A DNA stretch of 35,258 bases, from positions 1 to 35,258 of IMG/VR virus record IMGVR_UViG_3300027571_000036; one strand, given 5' to 3'. The notes beneath the pieces were generated by a model. It saw only the letters and a list, made by a program, of their open reading frames with translations. It had not been told where the DNA came from and did no database searches. Within the stretch, counting starts at the first letter, position 1. Each line of letters opens with the position of its first letter. The translations under genes were made by a program, and so were the position numbers. This document shows positions 28,064-35,258 of the stretch, piece by piece. This DNA is from a virus (Duplodnaviria > Caudoviricetes).

Positions 28064-29137
28064 ATGTCTGAGTTTAAGTATTTAACAGACTATATTACCG
28101 AAAAGTCGACTCGAATCGGGATCGCAGCATTAGTCGGTAAATTAAGTCCGAAGGAAAGCTCGCATAAATCTGGCTGGGCATTTCATTTAGCAAATCAGAT
28201 TAAAAACCTGGGTTTCGAAACAGTAGATGTTATTACTGACATTGAAACTGATTGGTCAACGTACGATTGTATCCTACTTGAACATGGTATGGAATTTAAG
28301 GGTACTTTTAATATTTTTGGAGGAGCTAATGACGACCTTTACCACCAAATCATGCGTATCTTTTCAAGTACTAAAATGTATTCTTTACACCATGATATGC
28401 CATGTATTGGAGATTTAGTACAACAAAGACTTCGAAGCGGTAGTGATTTATTTAAGACACTAGAAGATAAAATAGATCATATTAAAGAAATATGTGCAAA
28501 CGATATTCCAAGAATTGATCATATCGCCAAAACAGAAAAACTATGCCTTGGCGACAGTCACTCGTTTAGTCAATACGCGCCGGGTTATATGACTCAGCGC
28601 CACGATGGTTTGACTATGCACGGTGCACTTAAACGAGGATTAGACACGTATGTTTATCCATGGATTACTGATCTTAGGGTTTATTTGGGTAATATTGACG
28701 TACGTCATCATTTAATGCGACAGGCTAATCCCAGCGCTGCAGTTAAAACGCTTTTAGCCAATTATGAAGCAGAACTTTTAAAACTACAAGAAAATGGTAT
28801 TTCAAATATTGAAGTTATCCAATGTTTGCCTATTGAAAATGAATCTAGACCACTTCCTAAAACAGGCTACTACAAAGGAACTCCATATGCTGGAACATGG
28901 GCTGAACGTACAGCATTAGTCAAAGAAATTAATTCATTAATCGATGACATGTGTCAAAGAAATGGATGGCAGACATATAAACACCCAGAAGTGTATTTTA
29001 ATGCACTTGGAGAGTTAACTTTTGATGTAATGGAAAAACCCAAATCAGTTCACATTGCTAGAGAGTTTTATCGATGGGACCTGGTTAAGAACGAACCTAA
29101 CAAAAAACTAATAAAACAAACATTAGCATTATTTTAA
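28064..29137 (+). CDS. Protein with C-terminal SGNH/GDSL-like domain
   Basis: LGDSHS (block I), GLTMHG (II), YLGNID (III), SVH (V); N-terminal domain unassigned. Confidence 0.5.
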   Translation: MSEFKYLTDYITEKSTRIGIAALVGKLSPKESSHKSGWAFHLANQIKNLGFETVDVITDIETDWSTYDCILLEHGMEFKGTFNIFGGANDDLYHQIMRIFSSTKMYSLHHDMPCIGDLVQQRLRSGSDLFKTLEDKIDHIKEICANDIPRIDHIAKTEKLCLGDSHSFSQYAPGYMTQRHDGLTMHGALKRGLDTYVYPWITDLRVYLGNIDVRHHLMRQANPSAAVKTLLANYEAELLKLQENGISNIEVIQCLPIENESRPLPKTGYYKGTPYAGTWAERTALVKEINSLIDDMCQRNGWQTYKHPEVYFNALGELTFDVMEKPKSVHIAREFYRWDLVKNEPNKKLIKQTLALF

Positions 29138-29138
29138 A

Positions 29139-29306
29139 ATGAAGAAATATACAAAAACATACAAAATAGAGATAACACCGTACCATGCTTCGGATGCATC
29201 TTATACTGTAGAACTCACTACAGGTGATCTAGAATGGTCCATGGACGAATACGCTAGAAATAGAGACCCGTTTGCATGGAAAATAATTGAGCAAAATGAA
29301 AATTAA
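29139..29306 (+). CDS. Small hypothetical protein (55 aa, MKKYTKTYKIEITP...), absent from ORF track
   Basis: ATG 1 nt after the upstream stop; overlaps ATG 29296 of the next gene. Confidence 0.6.
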   Translation: MKKYTKTYKIEITPYHASDASYTVELTTGDLEWSMDEYARNRDPFAWKIIEQNEN

Positions 29307-30504
29307 AACAACTCAATATTATGATGAATTTATTAGGTACTTTAATTTAGCATTAAAACAACAAGAGCTTAGTAATTTAGGCATGGTGCCACATGATAAG
29401 AGTGGTATGAATGATCCATTGATGGAACACATACAACTATATGATGTAGTAGAACGAAAGTATGCTGGTTTTAGTCAAATTATAAATGACTGTTTTTATG
29501 GATGGACAGATAAACATCCATATTGGCAACACATGCAAGCTGGTAAAATTTACCCCCAAAGAGAAGAGGTTGCAAAAAACTGGACTAGTCGACAAGATGT
29601 TTTTGGTCTGGAGGAATGGTTGTATATTTTCATCTTACATCGAGTTTGTGGTTCAGCAATTAACTACGCTACTAAACCATCTGGTTATCATAATACAATC
29701 CTATTTGATTTATACGATTGTGATACAATTGAAGAAATGTGTGAAAAGGTAAAATATCACCCAACACCATTCTATACTTCAGTTGGTTATCAATTTCCAG
29801 CATTTCCTAAACCTCCACTGCCAACTCAAAACGAGGATAGTTTCGTGGGTATGTCGTCGTTTAAAGAACCAGAATATGTCTATAAACGAGGTGGCGATTA
29901 TTTCTTGTGTGAATTTGCACCAAGATTGGCTAGAGATATGGCAGACTATTTGAGACAAGGTGGTAAAAAAGACCTAAGACAACTTGGTCAATGGATGTTT
30001 GATTGGAACGTTGCAAACGGATTAAGACAATATAAATTCCAATATGCAGCAGTTATTGCGGACGTGGCTGACTGGTATCCAGAATATATCAACAGAGAAT
30101 CAATGTTCTATTACGGCACAAATGCGGTAGAATGTATTGGTTATTTAGCAGATCCAGTCGACGGTAAAGGTAAAAAAAGTGAACCGTTTTTAGATGCAGT
30201 AATGACTAAAATATATGAAGACACTGGTTCATTACCATATAACGCAGAAGATGTTGCATGTGACTTCATTAGATGGATTGAAAACTATCTAAGACCAGGT
30301 GCTGATTATGCACACATTAATATGGATACTTTATGGAATTCGTCTTCTATCAAAGACCACCCATACGGTAGACAAAAAGCAATGTTAGACTTGGGTCTAG
30401 TTGAAACGTTTAATGGTATGACTTCATTCCCATCAGACGATAAAATACTACAATCCGCTAATGTTTCAGTAGAAGAATATAAAAAAATGGCAGCTAAGCT
30501 ATGA
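29296..30504 (+). CDS. aGPT-Pplase1 / 5-hmdU DNA kinase helical-domain-like protein (DNA hypermodification)
   Basis: YDVVER, ILHRV, FQYAAVIADV, GTNAVECI and EDVACDFIRW line up with the family pattern (NVxR; FR; F...V.D; GPGA..GL; E..LCEF.KY). Start may be ATG 29296 or TTG 29287. Confidence 0.6.
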   Translation: MKIKTTQYYDEFIRYFNLALKQQELSNLGMVPHDKSGMNDPLMEHIQLYDVVERKYAGFSQIINDCFYGWTDKHPYWQHMQAGKIYPQREEVAKNWTSRQDVFGLEEWLYIFILHRVCGSAINYATKPSGYHNTILFDLYDCDTIEEMCEKVKYHPTPFYTSVGYQFPAFPKPPLPTQNEDSFVGMSSFKEPEYVYKRGGDYFLCEFAPRLARDMADYLRQGGKKDLRQLGQWMFDWNVANGLRQYKFQYAAVIADVADWYPEYINRESMFYYGTNAVECIGYLADPVDGKGKKSEPFLDAVMTKIYEDTGSLPYNAEDVACDFIRWIENYLRPGADYAHINMDTLWNSSSIKDHPYGRQKAMLDLGLVETFNGMTSFPSDDKILQSANVSVEEYKKMAAKL

Positions 30505-31172
30505 GAAATAAAGCAGAAGACGCATGGCAGATCATGCGAATCCAGGGTGAATTCACCAAAGGATTTGACACATTCAGTGAATTAGGACCCTGTATTTCCG
30601 TTTTTGGAAGTGCTAGAACAAGGTCAGGAACTAAATGGTATGAAGAGGCAAAACTATTTGGTAAGTTAATAGCATGTGAGGGGTTTGGGGTAATTACAGG
30701 AGGAGGTCCTGGTATTATGCAAGCTGCAAACCATGGAGCCAAAGAAGTTGGTGGAAAATCTATTGGAATAGGTATTGAATTACCATTTGAAGCTGGCATG
30801 AACAAATATGTAGATCTTGGTGTTGAGTGTAGATACTTCTTTACACGTAAAGTTATGTTTCTTAAATATTCACAAGCCTTTATTATTTTTCCAGGTGGAG
30901 TGGGTACATTAGATGAAATGTTCGAAGCTATTACTCTCGCGCAAACCGGCCACAATATAACATATCCAATAGTCCTAGTCGGTAAAGAGTATTGGAGTGG
31001 TTTAATTGATTGGATGAAAGATCAATTATTAGGTTCAGGAAGAATGAGTGAAAAGGATTTTGATCTGTTTAGAATTGTCGATACAGCAGTAGAGGCCCGG
31101 GATAAAGTGATGGAATATCACAACAAATATATGACTAGCCCGGAATATTTAGGACCTAAAACAAACTTTTAA
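30501..31172 (+). CDS. LOG family nucleotide 5'-monophosphate phosphoribohydrolase (TIGR00730-like)
   Basis: SVFGSAR, ITGGGPGIMQAAN, FFTRKVMF, PGGVGTLDEMFE signature; ATGA overlap with upstream gene. Confidence 0.92.
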   Translation: MRNKAEDAWQIMRIQGEFTKGFDTFSELGPCISVFGSARTRSGTKWYEEAKLFGKLIACEGFGVITGGGPGIMQAANHGAKEVGGKSIGIGIELPFEAGMNKYVDLGVECRYFFTRKVMFLKYSQAFIIFPGGVGTLDEMFEAITLAQTGHNITYPIVLVGKEYWSGLIDWMKDQLLGSGRMSEKDFDLFRIVDTAVEARDKVMEYHNKYMTSPEYLGPKTNF

Positions 31173-31173
31173 T

Positions 31174-32070
31174 ATGTCACACGATACACACACAACAAGT
31201 AAAATGAATCAAGATCTAAATCTAATGATGCCAAATAGACAGGCATGGTTAGATTTAGCCGGTGATTGGCAAGATCCATTGGAAGATCCTATTATAATGA
31301 ATCACGAAGGCTTCAATGTAGTCAGGGACGATTTGATGGGATTTGGATCTAAATGCAGATTTGGAGATATTCTAGTTCAAAAAGCACCAACAGATACATT
31401 AGTTTATGTGCAACCCAGATTTGGATTTGCAGGAATTTCTCTTGCTTATTTAGCACATAAGTATAATAAGAAATTGGTTTTATTTATGCCTTCTGGTAAA
31501 GTAATTTCAGATCACCAAGCTATTTGTATTGAGAGGGGTGCAATACCTAAGTTTAGAAGAATCGCAGCAATGCCTAATTTAAACAAGATTGCAAAAGAAT
31601 GGGCAGAAGCAAACAACGCAACTTTTATACCATTAGGCTTAAAACATGAATTAGTAACAGCAGCAGCGGTTAAAGTAGCATACGATATTGCAGAAAAACA
31701 TGGATACCCCGAAGAGGTTTGGTCTGCTATTTCAACAGGTGTACTACAGCGCTCTTTGCAGATTGCATGGCCAGATGCTCAATTTAATGCAGTGGCAGTA
31801 TCTAGGAATATTAAAGATGGTGAATTGGGTAAAGCAAAAGTTTGGTCACATCCTAAGGCATTTGCAGCTGATGTGAATCCTAAATATGCACCACCATTTC
31901 CATCTGCAATGAACTATGATGCTAAAGCCTGGGAATTTATGAAAAAACACGGAACGCCTGGAGCATGGTTTTGGAATGTAGGTGGACAACCCTATCCAGA
32001 ATCAGAAGAAACTAAAGAAAAAACTAATTCTCAAAGAGAATGGGGAGAAGTTTTAGAAATGGACAAATAA
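31174..32070 (+). CDS. PLP-dependent enzyme, fold type II (phage DNA-modification type)
   Basis: VVRDDL...GSKCR (Schiff-base Lys), SAISTG phosphate loop, PFPS..NYDAKAW, FWNVG. Confidence 0.75.
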   Translation: MSHDTHTTSKMNQDLNLMMPNRQAWLDLAGDWQDPLEDPIIMNHEGFNVVRDDLMGFGSKCRFGDILVQKAPTDTLVYVQPRFGFAGISLAYLAHKYNKKLVLFMPSGKVISDHQAICIERGAIPKFRRIAAMPNLNKIAKEWAEANNATFIPLGLKHELVTAAAVKVAYDIAEKHGYPEEVWSAISTGVLQRSLQIAWPDAQFNAVAVSRNIKDGELGKAKVWSHPKAFAADVNPKYAPPFPSAMNYDAKAWEFMKKHGTPGAWFWNVGGQPYPESEETKEKTNSQREWGEVLEMDK

Positions 32071-32073
32071 TAC

Positions 32074-32102
32074 TGAAACTATCTCACAAATTAGCATACT
32101 AA
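32074..32102 (+). promoter_or_regulatory. TGAAAC-N17-TACTAA promoter-like motif upstream of dUTPase/polymerase
   Basis: Weaker copy of the recurrent motif. Confidence 0.4.
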
Positions 32103-32120
32103 TAATATAACAAATTACAT

Positions 32121-32588
32121 ATGGCAAATATAGATAACGAATGCAAAGATCTTGAAGTAAAAGATTTTTACAATGATTCAACAACACATTTAGAAGACAT
32201 CATGTCTCATCAAAAAGAGATGCAAGAAAAAACTTATGGTATTAAGTTTGAGAACATGTCAATTCGCGAGGTAATGGACTTCTGGCATGTTAACACGCAT
32301 GCAGTGATAGATGAACTACACGAAATGACGGACGCATTAGGTGGCATTAAAGATGGCTCAGGGAACGCAGTTTGGAAATACTGGAAAGCAGACTTTAAAA
32401 AGTATGAGACGATGAAGGTTTCCGATCTATCAGAGGATGATCGTAAAGAGCTTTTTATGGAATGGATCGATGTACTTCATTTCTTTATTAATTATGCGGC
32501 ATCAATTGGCCTCGATGCAAAAACAGCATATAATTATTATTTCGCAAAAGCAGAAGAAAATAAGAACCGTCAAAAAAGAGGCTACTAA
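32121..32588 (+). CDS. All-alpha dimeric dUTPase/dCTPase (T4 gp56/MazG superfamily)
   Basis: DELHE, WKYWK, EWIDVLHF, K..EN.NRQKRGY motifs. Confidence 0.85.
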   Translation: MANIDNECKDLEVKDFYNDSTTHLEDIMSHQKEMQEKTYGIKFENMSIREVMDFWHVNTHAVIDELHEMTDALGGIKDGSGNAVWKYWKADFKKYETMKVSDLSEDDRKELFMEWIDVLHFFINYAASIGLDAKTAYNYYFAKAEENKNRQKRGY

Positions 32589-33991
32589 TGCTATTAGACA
32601 TTGAACAAACTGACAAAGAACTTATCGTCTCTTATTATGACAAAGAGGGTAAAGTTTCTTTTAAAAGATACACAGTAAACCAATTCCAAAATTGGGTAGT
32701 TACAGAAGAAAAAGACAGATATAAAGATAAGACTTTTAGAAACTGGGATAATCGCCCACTAAAAAGAGGTATTGCCAAGTCATTCAATAAGTTTAGTCTA
32801 CTCTATTTTATGGATAGCCTTCCAGAGGCAGATAAAGAAGAGATTTATGAATTCAATATGCCTCGGACATATTTTGTCGATATTGAAACAGAAATCGTTG
32901 ATGGTTTCCCAAAACCAGAAGAGGCCAAGTCACGTATCTTAACATTCTCAATCATTACACCTGAGCGTAAAGCAATTGTATTAGGACTTGAAGACCTAAC
33001 ATCAGAACAGATTACTAAAATTGAGAAAGATACTAATGCTCACTTAAAGAACTATGATCAAGATTGGGAATTCTCATATCATAAATTTGATAATGAGTAT
33101 AATATGCTATACACATTCTTGCATAAGTTTTTACCTAAGTTCCCAATGATGACTGGGTGGAATTTCATCAACTATGACTGGCAGTATATAGTCAATCGTT
33201 GTAAAAGACTTCAGATCGACCTGACTGATGTGGCGATTACTGGCTCGCTTGATAGAAATGATAGTCGACCACTACATATGGGTATTCTTGATTACATGCA
33301 ACTTTATGACAAATATGATCGTTCGGTCGCTGTTAAAGAATCTAACTCGTTAGACTTTGTGTCCGGTGCAGTCCTAGATGTTAGTAAGATTAAATATACT
33401 GGGTCGTTAACAGATCTTTATAATAATGATTTTACTAAATATGTTTTCTATAACGTAATTGACTCCTGTTTGGTCTATTATATAGATAAGCAATTGAGAT
33501 CAATGGAAGTTCTATTAACATTGGCTACTATTACAAGAATGCCTCTTTATAAAGCTTCTTCGCCAGTGGCAATTACAGAATCACTATTAGCAAGAAAACT
33601 AGCTGAAACAAATAAAAAAATCGGAGTAGAGTATGGTAAAGCAGATTCTTTAAAAGAAGGTAAATTCGAAGGAGCATTTGTAAAGCAACCAATCGTTGGT
33701 TATTATAGTGGAGTAAGTGCGTTTGACTTTGCGTCGCTATATCCATCTATTATGAGACAATTTAATATTTCCCCCGAATCTTATGTTGAACAAATACCAC
33801 AAACAGACATTAACGAAAGACGAAAAGACGGGTCGGTAATCGTTTGTGAGAATGGCGTAGTCTTTAAGAAAGAAGACTCTATTCTTAAGAAAATTCTAAG
33901 CGATTTATATGCTCAACGTAAAGATTATAAAAAGACCTCATACTCATATTATGAGAAGGCACACGAAATTGAAAAAAAATTTAAACTGTAA
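32588..33991 (+). CDS. gp43: Family B DNA polymerase, N-terminal part (exonuclease + motif A) of a split gp43
   Basis: ExoI DIETE, ExoII GWN...YD, ExoIII YNVID, motif A DFASLYPSIM; ends after LYAQRKDYKK and lacks motifs B and C. Confidence 0.9.
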   Translation: MLLDIEQTDKELIVSYYDKEGKVSFKRYTVNQFQNWVVTEEKDRYKDKTFRNWDNRPLKRGIAKSFNKFSLLYFMDSLPEADKEEIYEFNMPRTYFVDIETEIVDGFPKPEEAKSRILTFSIITPERKAIVLGLEDLTSEQITKIEKDTNAHLKNYDQDWEFSYHKFDNEYNMLYTFLHKFLPKFPMMTGWNFINYDWQYIVNRCKRLQIDLTDVAITGSLDRNDSRPLHMGILDYMQLYDKYDRSVAVKESNSLDFVSGAVLDVSKIKYTGSLTDLYNNDFTKYVFYNVIDSCLVYYIDKQLRSMEVLLTLATITRMPLYKASSPVAITESLLARKLAETNKKIGVEYGKADSLKEGKFEGAFVKQPIVGYYSGVSAFDFASLYPSIMRQFNISPESYVEQIPQTDINERRKDGSVIVCENGVVFKKEDSILKKILSDLYAQRKDYKKTSYSYYEKAHEIEKKFKL

Positions 33992-34017
33992 ATTAACAAG
34001 ACCATTAACCACTAACT

Positions 34018-34026
34018 GATATATAA
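34018..34026 (+). promoter_or_regulatory. GATATATAA motif upstream of nrdB
   Basis: Recurrent motif. Confidence 0.5.
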
Positions 34027-34048
34027 ATTACTAAAATAAACTAACTGT

Positions 34049-35029
34049 ATGAATAAGAACATTTTTGCACCGAGGGTTAATATCCTACCATATGAATATC
34101 CACAGCTTTTAGCTTATAAGGACGCTATTAGACACTCATATTGGATCCACACCGAATTTAATTTTACCACAGATATTGACGACTTTAAGACAAAAATTTC
34201 TAAACAAGAGCGAGAAGTAATTAAGAGAGCGATGTTAGCTATCGCTCAAATTGAAGTTAATGTTAAAACTTTTTGGGCTGATCTTTATAAAAGAATGCCA
34301 ATCACTGAAGTAGGTGATGTTGGTATGACATTTGCTGAATCTGAAGTAAGACACAAAGATGCTTATGCTCAATTACTTAGAGTTTTAGGTTTGGAAAAAG
34401 AATTCCAAAATGTTGTAGAAATTCCAGCCATTAAAGACAGAATAGCTTATTTAAGAAAGTATTTAGATGGTACAAGAAGTAGAGATGATAAAATGTACAC
34501 TAAATCAGTACTTTTATTCTCATTATTCATTGAGCATGTAAGTTTATTTAGCCAATTCTTAATTATGATGTCATTCAACAAAGAGAAAAACCTATTTAAA
34601 GGTATTTCAAATGTAGTTGAGGCAACATCTAAAGAAGAAGAAATTCATGGTAATTTTGGATCTGAGATAATCAATATAATTAAAGCAGAGAACCCTGAGT
34701 GGTTTGATGAAGAGTTTGAACAACTTATTGATTCTGCGTGCAGAAAGGCATATGAAGCCGAAGTTAAAATCCTTGATTGGATCTTTGAAAAAGGAGAGCT
34801 TGACTTTCTTTCTAAGGATACCATCAAGAATTTTATACAAAACAGATTCAATAATTCACTAACTCGTATTGGAATGAAACCAATATTTGATGTTGATTTC
34901 ACCGAACTAGAAAAAACATTATGGTTCGATGTAGAAATTACAGCTACTAAAGAGGGCGATTTCTTCTATAAAAAGCAAGTTGACTATAACAAGAAGAGCA
35001 AGTCAATCACCGAAGACGATTTATTTTAA
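34049..35029 (+). CDS. nrdB: Ribonucleotide reductase class I beta subunit
   Basis: PYEYP, W...E, ESEVRHKDAY (ExxH plus radical Tyr), EHVSLFSQF, EEEIHG, DFF tail. Confidence 0.95.
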   Translation: MNKNIFAPRVNILPYEYPQLLAYKDAIRHSYWIHTEFNFTTDIDDFKTKISKQEREVIKRAMLAIAQIEVNVKTFWADLYKRMPITEVGDVGMTFAESEVRHKDAYAQLLRVLGLEKEFQNVVEIPAIKDRIAYLRKYLDGTRSRDDKMYTKSVLLFSLFIEHVSLFSQFLIMMSFNKEKNLFKGISNVVEATSKEEEIHGNFGSEIINIIKAENPEWFDEEFEQLIDSACRKAYEAEVKILDWIFEKGELDFLSKDTIKNFIQNRFNNSLTRIGMKPIFDVDFTELEKTLWFDVEITATKEGDFFYKKQVDYNKKSKSITEDDLF

Positions 35030-35056
35030 TTAACAAAAACATTTAATACACAAAAT

Positions 35057-35258
35057 ATGGAAAAAGCCAGTGAAGTGCTCGCTGAAAAGGAGCAAGATGG
35101 ACAGCTATTACGCGCAGAAAATCAAGAAGAAGGTTCAATGAACATTAGAGAAAAATATTACTGGTTAAACGAGGATAGTAGATTATTCTTATCTAGAGGA
35201 TATATTACAGAAAGCCCCGAACAAAGAATTAAAGATATTTCTAATAGAGCAGAAAAAT
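35057..35258 (+). CDS. nrdA: Ribonucleotide reductase alpha subunit, 3'-truncated by the window
   Basis: Open frame to the window end, YWLNEDSRLFLSRGY...PEQRIKDI, resembling Flavobacteria-type NrdA N-termini; follows nrdB. Alternative start at 35138. Confidence 0.75.
   Translation, partial: MEKASEVLAEKEQDGQLLRAENQEEGSMNIREKYYWLNEDSRLFLSRGYITESPEQRIKDISNRAEK

Noticed and set aside
33971-34048. Frameshift at the A8 run or readthrough extending the polymerase into nrdB
   Set aside because: Both shifted frames hit stops within about 50 nt, and the zero frame has three TAA codons before the nrdB ATG.
4305-34902. All minus-strand and nested alternative-frame ORFs in the track
   Set aside because: They are shadows of long plus-strand genes with recognisable motifs; those at 8329-8889, 9241-9615 and 9307-9576 merely reflect the repeats.
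1-35258. Stop-codon reassignment, tRNA/rRNA genes, introns
   Set aside because: Code 11 gives dense full-length genes with TAA, TAG and TGA all used as stops; no cloverleaf or intron-sized gap was recognised by eye (tRNAscan-SE/Infernal would confirm).

Overview
AT-rich, gene-dense, all-plus-strand segment of a large T4-like (jumbo-type) myophage genome using the standard genetic code. The host is probably a Bacteroidota: starts lack Shine-Dalgarno sites and have A-rich leaders, and there is a BACON-like domain plus Flavobacteria-like nrdAB and LOG genes. From left to right: (1) a virion/fibre module with a 5'-truncated giant Ig/PT-repeat protein, a collagen fibre protein, a BACON-linker-polyGly-Hint protein, a spanin-like membrane protein and a gp3-like tail protein; (2) replication/recombination genes (RuvC-like resolvase, gp32 SSB, gp61 primase, UvsY, UvsW); (3) an ~8 kb block of proteins with T4-type capsid-targeting N-termini and apparent prohead-protease sites, including a ligase-fold nucleotidyltransferase and a degenerate-ligase/HIGH-nucleotidyltransferase fusion; (4) a putative DNA-hypermodification cluster (DUF6378-like, SGNH-like, aGPT-Pplase1-like, LOG, PLP enzyme, dimeric dUTPase); (5) only the N-terminal half of a split family B DNA polymerase, then nrdB and the start of nrdA. 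The best candidates for undescribed biology are the virion-delivered polyprotein/ligase-NTase block, the SGNH+LOG variant of the hypermodification pathway, and the polyGly-Hint fibre pair. All family assignments come from motif recognition by eye, not database searches.
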